A stretch of DNA of 64,000 nt from Antechinus flavipes (lineage: Eukaryota): positions 391,902,001 to 391,966,000 of the forward strand of contig NC_067398.1 of assembly GCF_016432865.1 (NCBI RefSeq), in the 5' to 3' direction. How positions within the stretch are numbered: the stretch's first letter is position 1; each line of letters opens with the position of its first letter. Positions 53,501-64,000 of this stretch are shown piece by piece. The position numbers and the translations under genes are program-made. Below the pieces are notes generated by a model. The model did no database searches, had not been told where the DNA came from, and saw nothing but the letters and a program-made list of their open reading frames with translations.

Positions 53501-54130
53501 TTTCTACTTGTATACACTTATACCTCAAATTCAACATATTCAATTCCAGGCTTGTTACCTCTGCCCTGGTCCCCTCTTTCTAACCATTTCATTGATATCA
53601 CAAATGAGTGAGTCTTACATGTTTGAAATCTTGGTAATGCCTTTGACTTAGCCATCTCTTATTTGTCTAGTGAGTATGTAAGTCCTGTTGACTTTACTTT
53701 TGTACTTTTTGGCATTTTCCCCTTCTTCAGAACCATCTTTTCTACAAACCATGTGTATTGTTATTTTACTGACATTTTGTTATTGCTCTCTTTAATTTCC
53801 TTTTCCCTCTCTTTTATCCTTCCTTCACTCTCTCTCCCCATCCTAAAATTTACAAAGCTGCTAGATTATAAATTTTTTTTTTTCAAAACCCTTACTCTAT
53901 TGCTTAAGGAATATAGTTCAGTCTTCTTGGATATTTAAGGTCTTTTGCAATCTGGTGTCACTATACCTTTCTGGCTTTTTTTCATGCTTTTTCTCCATGC
54001 TTCTACCACTGTTGTTGTGGTTTCTATGCTTTTTTGTCTCTTTACTTTCATTTATGCTATTCATTATATTTGGAATATCTGAATTTAGCCTTCCTTTTTC
54101 CTGTCTCTAAATCTATTTGATAATGATCTT
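53500..54130 (+). mobile_element. L2 fragment (sense)
   Basis: CCTCAAATTCAACATATTC...AAATCTTGGTAATGCCTTTGAC...GGTCTTTTGCAATCTGG, pyrimidine-rich sense L2. Confidence 0.65.
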
Positions 54131-54179
54131 TCTCATATAAGATTTCATGTTGTACCCATACTGTATTTTGTTTTGTTTT

Positions 54180-54350
54180 TTGATCATAGATTTAGAACTT
54201 CAAGGGATTTGAAGAATTTGTCTATTCTTCTTTTTATGAGTGAATAAATTGAGACTCAGCGAAATTGTAATTTACTTGGGTCGAAAAGATATTAAAGGTA
54301 TCTTTACCTTTAGGTAGGAGTTAAAAACAGCTCTTTTGACTTCAGTGTAA
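54180..54350 (-). mobile_element. MIR3-type SINE
   Basis: GATCATAGATTTAGAACTTCAAGGGA...TAAATTGAGACTCAG. Confidence 0.65.
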
Positions 54351-55489
54351 GTGAACTATTGCTCTTCCTTCTATCTACAGGGCAGATTTGTCATTCTTAT
54401 TTTATTGCATTCAATGAGAGGTTTCGTTTGTGTCACAGTTGTGCCTGTAAATTTTGCTGATTGTAAATTCTATAAGGACAAATCTGCCCTCATTTTACAG
54501 ATAAATAAACTGAGGCCCTAAATAACAAAGTGTATTTATTGTTCCAAATCAAATAAGGTGAGAGTAGCAAAATCAAGACTGGAATCTAGGATTTCTTGCT
54601 TTCAGATATTCAATTTTTTTTTTTCCTTTCTAGATTGAAGCATTATTTAGTAATGAAAAACAGGAAAATATTTCTTTTCCAGGTTAAACTTGTGTAGGTT
54701 GAGTTTGTCATCCTATCCAATATTTTAGATTTTAAAAACAAATCACTTTTAACATTAAATTTTTTGTAAATTTGGCAATTTGTATAGAAGATACTTTATG
54801 AAAGTTGTGCCCATTCACTAAAAAACAAACAAACAAAAAAAAAACAAAAAAAAAAACCCTACAATGATAGAACTTTGCAATCTCTGAATCTTTCAAATAG
54901 GATGGCAGAGATATATTCTTTTATAGAATATTGTTTGAAAAAATCTGCTTTTTTCTTTACCAGAAATAATTATAGAGATATGTGTACAGATTTATTTCAG
55001 GAAAGTTTCATGTAGATAGGAAAGGAGGCTTGGAAGTTATTGATCTCGGTTGCTTTTTTAAAATTTATAATAAAGTTTGAGATTATTTTTCTTTGCCTTT
55101 GGTATCTTTTCATTCAATTGAAAGAGAAGAATTAGTTTTTCAACGTCTTCAAAATTGTTATTTTTAGCAGCTATCACCTTTTTTGTATATTTTTCTGATT
55201 TTCCATTTTCATGGTCTTCAGTGCCATTTCTCACTTCTCTGCAAATATGTCCTAAAGAGTAACATCAGAGATCAAGTAAGTATTGGGGATTTTTTGATGA
55301 TATATCTTTTGTTGTCTGATTTGTCCTTTAACACTCTTGTACTTTTGTTTAAATGTGTTTTCCTTGTGCTAATAAGAATTTGTGGTTCTGAATGTACATA
55401 ACTGATTCAGGAATGACTCTTATTAATAACTTGATGTCTTTTAATATATAACCAGTTTCACTTTTTGTAATTAACTAATATTTATCAGG

Positions 55490-55870
55490 TATTATACTAT
55501 CCACTGGAGATAACAAAGATAAAAATGAAACATACAATTTCCTCAAGGAATTTATTTTTTGTTGGGTAAGTTAGCATATACATAAATATATACATAATCA
55601 TACACACAAATTTCCAAAATATATACTGGATCTTTTTTAATTTTTTAATTTTTTTTTTGCTAGGGAGATCAGGAAAACTTTCATGTAAAAAATGGTATTT
55701 TAATTGAGCTTTGAAAGAAACTAGGCAGTTTTTAAAGGGGAAGGTGTGGAGGGAGGGCATTCCAGGCCTCAGAAACAATCTATGTAAAAGTAAGAAATAT
55801 GGGAGATGGAATGCCAAATATGAGGAACAGCAAGAAAGACAGTTTGACTAGATTGACGGATGTGTAATAA
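55490..55870 (-). mobile_element. L2 3' fragment
   Basis: ACTGGAGATAACAAAGATAAAAATGAAAC...GAGGGAGGGCATTCCAGGC...GGAACAGCAAGAAAGAC. Confidence 0.72.
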
Positions 55871-56101
55871 ATAGTTCTGATAGTTTTTAATGAATGATGG
55901 TTAGCTATCTAGTCACATAAAATTTAATCATAATTAGTTCAGTGTTTATGAGATATACTTGTATACAGAGTACAAGTTATCTCTTCAGCTGCTAAAGGCA
56001 ACTTGTACTAGATTTAAAAGGCATACAGGCTCCTTTTCCTCTTCCTGTAGACTGAACCTAAAACTAAAAAGTCCTGTTCTGCAAATTCTTTTAATTTGTT
56101 T

Positions 56102-56104
<3 letters not shown>

Positions 56105-56163
<59 letters not shown>

Positions 56164-56170
56164 GCGCGCG
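56105..56170. repeat. Compound microsatellite (CA)22(CG)11
   Basis: Read directly; 66 bp of uninterrupted alternating pyrimidine-purine. Confidence 0.98.
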
Positions 56171-59100
56171 CCCCAACCTTTCCAAGACGGGACAAATCTT
56201 CTTTCATATAGAAACTACTAATGACTCTTAATTTTAAGTCTTTTAGACTTGAGCAAAGCAATTGGTTTGAGACTGAAACTGTTCTTTGAAATTAGAAAAT
56301 TCCCTCCTCCCACTTTTTTTTTTGAGAGAAACTTTTTCAAAATTCCCAGAGAGCAATCCTTCTGTACTTTCTTGTTTATGTATTTGTTTCTGGCATTTGC
56401 TGTTTACAAATGTGCCTTGTACTTGTGTTCTCTAGTCTCCACTCAAGGAAGAATTATCATTATTGTGGGCAGGCAATGAAGGGGTAAAAATAATTGCTTA
56501 ATTTTCTATAATGCTTGTAAACTTGCAGGCTAGAGAAGATCAAAGAAGAATTAACTAAATTGTTAGCTTTAGAATTTTAAGATTATAGATTTAGGACTAG
56601 AAGGGACCTCAGATCAGATTAGAAGGGACCTAATTGAGAGAATGCATATAAAGTGCTTTGCAAACCTTAAATTTAGCACTGTAAAATCTTAGCTATTATT
56701 ATTATTATTTTGATAGATGAGGAAAGGCACTTGGGAAAGTAAAGTGATTTATTCAGTTACAGGGAGGGGCAGGAATTCAAATTTTAACTTAGTGTTGCAT
56801 CTGTGAACCATGTGGCATATAGTAAAAGCTTTTGTTATTCAATACTTTTCTAGTTAGAAAGTGCTAGAAACTTTTATTGAAGACTAACCTTAATCTGTGA
56901 ACTAAACTAAATGACACTGTTTTATTAGGAAGAAGGCATGAAAATGCAAGTTTAGTTATTTTTATGACAAGAAAAAAAGCCTGACTAGTAATATAAAAAA
57001 TTAGGTGACTCAGAAATCTTTGGCATGATTAGGATTTATGTTGCATAAAATAATCATATAGAAAGGCAGTAGGAGAAATATGCACCATAAATTATCCTCT
57101 AATCACTTAACAAACTGAATAAATTCAGAAGCTGAATTTTTTTCACATCCATATTTCCATTTTTATATATTCAGAGTACATTGAAAGTATGAAGTTTTAG
57201 AATTTCACAGTGATAGGCTATTGATTCAGAAGCTTAGTTAAAGCTTACTTGCCCTCCTTTTGCTTCTTTTTTCCAAAGTCCAAGTTTGCTTTCTTTCATC
57301 CTTTTGCCAATGCCCTGGACTGGGCTTTCTTAGTTGATCCAGAGGCAACTTCAGATTTGCATATCCTCTGCTACTTTATTTGTGTCTCAGCTCTTTTTAC
57401 CAGCCTGTGGCAGTAAGGAAGTCACTTAAATTCCTGAACCTTAGTTTTTCTTCTTTTAAAAAGGGGGACAATAATGCATATGCTTCCTCCCTTAGTTTCA
57501 AAGAATCAAATGAGACACAGTATCGAGCTAATACAGTATTTTATGAAAGAGGTATGCATACTGCTATGCATAGTATGTTTTTTAAAATTGGGAAGCAATT
57601 AAAATCATGTTTAATGCTCTGAATAATACTGAGCAATATTAAACAGATTTGTAAAACATAAATATTAGATATTTGTATTCATTTTACAAAAAAATAATCT
57701 TAGAAAACTTGAAAATATTGAGCACTCAGAATATATTTTAAATTATATTAAATTATTAAAATTTTATCTACTATGTAAATCTAATGTCTAGATTTTAAAA
57801 TATAAATAAAAAGCTAATAATCTAGGTTTTTAAATAAATGCTGCAATTCTTCTTGGCATCTGTTTGCATTTGATTTTCCAGTCATTTTGATGTAGGAGAG
57901 ACTTCTTGCCAGTTCTCAATAGTTATGTAGTGATTACAGTACTAGATTGAGGATTCTACTGGATCAGGTTGTTAAAGTCTCCTTTTGATAGTGCTTTCAA
58001 AGGAAAACGAACTCTTCATAGATATATTCCTACAAAGTCTAAATACTTAAAAGGCCACATCTTATGCTTTGTTTATATTCATATGGCTTTTTAATACTGT
58101 ATGCTAAAAGTTGCCACATTCTGATTTTACTCTTTTTATTTTTTATCCACCCAATATGATTAACTGAGATTTGTTGTTTTAATAGCATGTGACTTTTGGG
58201 AATATAGAGCCAGGGATCATGATTCATCTTGTGTATCTGTTGTATAGTTGTATGTATGTATGTATGTATGTATCGAATACATGCTGGTTGTAGCGTGTTG
58301 TAATAGATGATGACAGAATACTGACATACTTTAAGAGCTAATACACTATAGTTTAGAAAAAGCTAGTCCAAATTTGAAAAATTGGAAGATGGTAGGAACT
58401 GTGGGCCTAAGCAAGCCTTAGAATGGCAACATTTTTTTTTTCAGTTAACGAGAGATATATAATATAATGAGCAAAAAGTTTAACATGAGTGCTACTTTTT
58501 CTTTCATGGTATATTATTTTAAAATTTTACTTTATTTTTCCTTCAGTTCCTTCTCTGTCCTGAAACAAACTTTTCTCAAATTCCTTTTTAATGAATAAGT
58601 TTATTGTCACAGGATTTCAGTGATTTTTCTCACAGGAGCTCAGCCTTTGGGCAGTTCAATTCTATTTCTTGCATATGATAGAGACTTCAAATTTTCTATT
58701 GAATTAATTATATTGTATAATTGATGGAAGAATTCTGTAAATTAGAGAAGAGGGAAGAAAGGACTTGTCTTTTGGATCAGAGATACTTTGCCTGATGCAA
58801 TGCTGGTAGAGGATTATGCAATTAATTTAGATTAGATTTTACCTGACCACAGATGACTAATTTGAGAATTTATTGTCTTTGTAGTTCATAGTACCTTTGA
58901 CATTTATGTGTGACCTCTAACAACTTCTTGAACTTTCCTGACTCGTTTCCTTATATGTAAAACGAAGATGTTGAACTAAATGGTTTCTGAAGTTCTTTCT
59001 TGTTCTAGATCTTTGATCCTATGTTGAATTTTAAAAATTGGTGAAAACCCTGGTCTGTTAGGATGGAAATGTTAAGCAGAGAAGAATAGATGACTGTTGT

Positions 59101-59229
59101 TATACATTATTTGTATGGTGCAGAATGACAGAACATAGGAATGAATTCATAGAGCACTAGAGAAACACATTACCAAAGACTGAAAGGATCTTGGCTGATA
59201 AAGGCCAATGTACATCTGACTAATGATCC

Positions 59230-59480
59230 TTTCAGATTCTGAAGACCTTTGCCCTGAAGAAGACTATAATTGTTAGCATTGCTTTCTTTACATCAAGCTT
59301 AAATTTACCACTCTGTAAAGATTCACATTGTTTCTAGTCCTGTCTGATGGGGCTAAGCAGAACAAGTCTAATCCTTTGTCCACATGAGAACTCTTCGGAT
59401 ATTTGAAGAATACTACTGTATCCCTACTCAAGGTTGTTTGTTCTTTAGTCTGAGCATACCCGATTTCAACAATCTTCCAG
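59230..59480 (-). mobile_element. CR1/L3 3' fragment
   Basis: GGGGCTAAGCAGAACAAGTCTAATCC...GGATATTTGAAGAATACTAC, homologous to 33730-33800. Confidence 0.7.
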
Positions 59481-59509
59481 TGACTGCTTCTCCAATGTTG
59501 TCATAAATT

Positions 59510-60180
59510 TCTTAATGCATTCATAAATCACAGTTTAATCATTTCCCTATTGATGGGTACCTATTTTGTTCCCACTTTTTCTTTTTCCCCAATACAGAAA
59601 ATACTGCTATAAAAACTTTCATATGTTTATTAATGTATAATATGTATAATAATTCTTTCTGACTTTGATATCTTTGTGGTTCTTTTGGGTTAGAGATTAT
59701 TTAGTATTTCTTCTTAAAATCAAGTATTTTCCCTGAAAAGTCAGATCAATTCACAGTTCTTCCAGCAATGTATTATTAGTATGATGTCTTTCCAAAGGCC
59801 TTCCAACATTAACTATTTTTTATCCTTTATTATCTTTATCAATTTGATAGGGGGTAAGTGAAATCTCAAGAGTTGTTTACTTTGCAATTATGTTAGTTGT
59901 AATTTGATGCATTTTCCCCATGTTGAAATCTTTGAGTTTATTTTTTATTTTTCATCTTTTTGGACCAAATTTATATAGTGGGGAAATCTTAATCTCATAT
60001 TGGGATTTATTCCTTGTGTATTTCAAGTGTTTTTTTTTTTTTAAGCTATTTGATGTAAAGACTTTTGCCCAATTGCTTTTTATTCTAATTGAATTGATTT
60101 TGATAGTGTGAAAGCTTTTAAGTTTGATGTAATTGGAATTATCTTTTTTGCCTATCTTTTGCATAGCATACTCTTGATAC
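59510..60180 (-). mobile_element. Old L1 ORF2 3' fragment (intronic, antisense)
   Basis: The minus-strand ORF contains NYIKLKSF.T.K.N..RI (L1 ORF2); CATTTCCCTATTGATGGGTACC is an L1 tail motif. Confidence 0.8.
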
Positions 60181-60189
60181 AGCAATATT

Positions 60190-60410
60190 GGCTTTCAGTG
60201 ATAATTATTTCTTTTTGAGAAACTACACACCATTTTAGTAAAATATTTTTGTCCAAAATAATTTTATCAATCTCACTGATTAGCAGATTTTACCATCCTC
60301 TTCTATCTTTTTAAATAGGATACTTACCATCGTCCAGTTTTACAGTACTTCTTCCCTTCTAGAGGTCACTAAAAGTATCTCAAAAGTCCATCTTCTTGTT
60401 CTTTTAGTAC
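60190..60410 (-). mobile_element. CR1/L3 RT fragment
   Basis: The minus strand reads AACTGGACGATGGTAAGTATCCTATTTAAAAAGATAGAAGAGGATGG...ATCAGTGAGATTGA, a decayed W...V.PIFKKG..ED..NYRPVSL. Confidence 0.6.
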
Positions 60411-60419
60411 CTTACGATA

Positions 60420-60839
60420 AGTGAAACACTATCACCATTACTATTCAATATTGTATTAGAAATGCTAGCTGTGTAAATAAGAGTTGAGAAAGAGATTAAA
60501 GGAATTAGAGTAAGTAATGAGGAAACCAAATTATTACTCTTTGCTGATGATATGATGGTATACTTAGAGAACCCCAGAGATTCTACTAAAAAGTTATTAG
60601 AAATAATTCACACCTTTAGCAAAGTTGCAGGATACAAAATAAACCCACATAAGTCATCAGCATTCTTATATATCACTAACAACACCCAACAGTTAGAGTT
60701 ACAAAAAGAAATTCCATTTAAAGTAACTACTGATAGTATAAAATACTTAGGAATCTATTTGCCAAGGGAAAATCAGAAACTTTATGAGCAAAACTACAAA
60801 ATACTTTCCACACAAATTAAATCTGATCTAACCCATTGG
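60420..60839 (+). mobile_element. Internal L1 ORF2 (RT core) fragment truncated at both ends; no polyA or TSD
   Basis: Encodes LFADDMMVYLENPRDSTKKLLEII...IKYLGIYLPRENQ.LYEQNY, same family as 27870-28290; homology stops at CTAACCCATTGG. Confidence 0.93.
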
Positions 60840-61089
60840 TATATTCATTCACTCATGGTGACATAATTCATTTAGGGTAGTATGTTATTGTGAATAAAAT
60901 TAGACTTGAAATTAGGAAGAAGTGAATTTCTCTGAAACTGTGTGGCCATGGGGCAAGTAACAACCTTTTGTTGGACCTGGCAACTCTTGAAAATTGTAAA
61001 TTATTGATGAATTGCTTTTCTGCATTGGTGGAAGGAATTTCCATACATTTCCATACATACATACATTCCCTTTAATAAGCAAACAGATT

Positions 61090-61170
61090 TTTAAAAAAAT
61101 AGTATTTTATTTTTCCAAATACATGTAAGGATAGTTTTCAGCAACTATTTTTTGTAAAACTTTCTGCAAA
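61090..61170 (-). mobile_element. Tiny L1 3' terminus
   Basis: AATAGTATTTTATTTTTCCAAATACATGTAAGGATAGTTTTC matches the extreme 3' end of the 4110 and 8833 copies. Confidence 0.75.
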
Positions 61171-61864
61171 CACATTTTTTTTTTAAAAGTGTTAGCTTTC
61201 TCATGGAAAAACTTTTAAAAGTTTTTATAAGTGTCAGTTATTAACTGAAAAAAAATTTCTCCTTTATTTTGGGCTTCTTTCTACTAAGCAATTTTATAAT
61301 TCTTAATTCGAAACATTGATGGAAACAGGTGCAATATAAGAATTGAGTAGTAGTTCAGCTTTCTCATTGTTGTCCATTTTTATTGTCCTACCCTTTTTAA
61401 AAATTTCCTCTTTAGCTGTTCAGCATAGCTTAGAGAAACAAACCTTTTGCTATCTTATAGTGGTGCATGATCCATTCTGAAGTTAGGTGTTCCTATACTG
61501 TTTTCATAAGATCTTACTTTTCCTTTGTCTGTATCCTCAGTTATTTGCCTGTGCTCTTATGTTCTATACATGTCTTATAAAAACACATATACACACACAT
61601 ATAAAAATTTGAATTAGTTAATGTACTGCTTCTCTGTGCTGTTACTATATCAGTCTCTGTAGGTGCTCTGTCTTGTATTTTTCATTGAATTAATTTTTTT
61701 TTTTTAACTTCTAAGGTCATAAAAACTTTCTTTACATTTTGAATGGGGTTTAAGGCTTAGTTTTGTTTCATCAGCCTATTAATTAAATAGGTTCAATTTC
61801 TTCATCTATATAATGGAAACTTTGAACTATGTGATCTTCAGGCTTCCTGGTTTATAATTTGAAA

Positions 61865-62150
61865 AAAATTAAATTTTATTCAATCAAAAATATATTCTTT
61901 TCTCTTTCCCATTTATCTCCATTAGAAAAAAAGAAAGAAAAAGAAAAACAAAATTGTGATAACTTATATACATTCTCTCCATAATTGTACAGCACAATAT
62001 TATTCCATTATATTCATATATCACAATTTATTTGGTCATTCCCCAATTGATAGGGACCTACTTCATTTCTAGTTTTTTTTTTTTTTTTTGTCATCACAGA
62101 AGAAGTAGCTATAAATATTTTTGTATATATGGATCCTTTAATTCTATGAT
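61865..62150 (-). mobile_element. Old L1 3' fragment
   Basis: AATATTATTCCATTATATTCATATATCACAATTTATTTGGTCATTCCCCAATTGATAGG is an antisense L1 ORF2-tail motif. Confidence 0.7.
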
Positions 62151-62833
62151 CTTATGGTCCTATACTCTCTGTCCCTACGTTCTTTGCAAAATATCTGTTA
62201 TATCCCATCTATTCTTTATCTACATATTCTGAAACTCCCTGTCTTCAGAACTAGTGCATAGTCAAACAAGGCTTGTATTTTTCCTCTTCCTATTTCTGTG
62301 ATGGAATTGTCATTAATATTTTCTACTTCATCATTAAGGCAAATCACATATTAACTAAATGCTTTGTATTTGACAGAAAGTTCGGCTAGAATCCCCCATT
62401 TTCAGAATATCATGCTTCTGTGCCAGATTGGTGACTTGTTTTTTCAAACTCCTCACCTAATTCTTCCTTTTGTCCATTTGGCTATAATATGGCCTTAAAC
62501 CATATGGCTTCTCTTTTTTTTAATCCTTACTTAAATATTTTCAATATATTTCCTCAATCTTAGATTCCAAGATTTCAAGATTTCCTCAATTAGTAAGCAC
62601 TTATTATATACCTACTATGTGTCAAGCATTATGTTAGGGGCTGGGGATGAAATAATTTCCATCTATGAATTCTCCATACTAATTAGGGTGTAGCCCTTCT
62701 TTCTTCTCAAATTCCCAACAATAAAAAATAAAATAAATAAACTTAAAAAAAAATTAAATTGTATTAGCTATCTTGCGTTTAAACTAAATGTATGAAAATG
62801 TATTCTTTAAAAAATTTTAAAAGTGATACATAA

Positions 62834-62985
62834 GGGGCAGCTAGATGGCATAGTGGATAGAGCACCAGCCCTGAAGTCAAGAGGATCTGAGTTCAAATCT
62901 GGTCTCAGGCACTTAACATTTCCTAGCTGTGTGATCCTATGTAAGTCACTTAACCCCAATTGTGTAAGCCAAAAAAAAAAAAAAG
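62834..62985 (+). mobile_element. WSINE1-like SINE with 13-bp TSD (2 mismatches)
   Basis: Same family; TSD AAGTGATACATAA (62821-62833) / AAGTAATATATAA (62986-62998). Confidence 0.92.
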
Positions 62986-64000
62986 AAGTAATATATAAAT
63001 GTCAGTTGTTACTTCCTGAACATTTTTTTCCCCCTTTACTTTGGACTTCTTTCTACTAACCAGTTTAGTTCAAAACTTCAAAATAGTCTCTGCTTACGGG
63101 GAACTTACACTCTTTTAGGAACTTATGTTTTCTTAGTAGATAAATAGTATTTTCTTTTAAAAAGTAAAGTATATGTCTTCCCAGATCTTTTTAGTCATGA
63201 GATTCATCACTATCATATTTTTGATAATTATGAGATCAGTTTGCTTCCTTTTCTTGTGAAGCTTTCTTTTACCCTCTTTATTAATTTGTTTGACCAGCAA
63301 ATATTTGAAACTTTTTATCTTTCCATCTTTATGCATATTCCCCCCTGAATCACTGATTCTTTCTTCTGTTATGTTTGTTTCTGTAGTATCAGATTTTTCA
63401 GATTTTATGTGGACAGTCTACCTTTCTAACTCCCCCTCCCCCCACACATTGTTTGTTTAAAAACCCTCTCAATTATATTTGTGAGCCTTCAGGAAAATAT
63501 TTTTTCCTTCTCCTAGTCTTGTTAGATGTACTTCATCCATGTCCAAGAACATACCATGTTTTGTTGTCTTTTATTCAACTCTACCCATCCTCTATAGTGA
63601 TGAAAATTCCACCTCAGTCTATAGCTGTTCAAGGATGAAGGTCATAATCATCAACATTATTAATAAGGCTAAATTTCAGAAGAAATTGAAGGGTTTTTTT
63701 GTTTCTTTGTTTTTTGGTGAAAAAAGCCACCCTGAAACTTATGACAGTAAAAAGGGCCTTTAAATAAGCTTGGATAGAGTGTAAACAACAAAGGTATAAA
63801 ACCACTTAGGATAAAGGGAGCAAATTATAGTGTGGTGGCTCACTATGGTGGGATGAGAACTGCTCTGAAAAGTCTATTTTCAGAGTTTTGAGATCAAGTC
63901 TGCAGGAGTAGAGAAATGATGTCATATGGTATGGAAGAATTTGCAGATGGGATTATCAAATGAATATAATCCTTGAGGAAAGTAAAAGTTGTGCTAGAAT

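Noticed and set aside
58300-58330. ATGATGA...CTGA resembling snoRNA C and D boxes
   Set aside because: The boxes are only about 8 nt apart with no terminal stem; far too short for a C/D snoRNA.

Overview
Marsupial genomic DNA, most likely an Australian dasyurid or relative (inferred from the L1 and short tRNA/CORE-SINE families; species not determinable from this window). The only protein-coding feature I can support is the first coding exon of TENT4A (PAPD7/POLS, non-canonical poly(A) polymerase) on the + strand, 43896-44878. It lies in a CpG island at ~41.5-45 kb and is followed by at least 19 kb of intron 1; exon 2 was not found in the window. Bases 1-41.5 kb are AT-rich, repeat-dense intergenic DNA: 5'-truncated L1s (several with readable target-site duplications), WSINE1/Mar1/MIR-type SINEs, L2 and CR1/L3 relics, a decayed 7SL retrocopy, microsatellites and a 143-N gap. 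All other ORFs in the supplied track are L1 fragments, GC-rich shadow frames or chance ORFs. I found no new multi-gene system. The best leads are (i) six GTGAGT splice-donor hexamers inside UG repeats just upstream of the TENT4A start codon, which could skip the whole coding exon 1; (ii) His/Pro/Gln/Ser/Gly homopolymer tracts in the N-terminal region; (iii) a ~307-bp locally templated insertion inside a TSD-bracketed L1; (iv) a (CA)22(CG)11 Z-DNA-type tract in intron 1; and (v) a tail-less internal L1 fragment. Repeat family names and human comparisons are from memory, and repeat coordinates are approximate unless a TSD is given.
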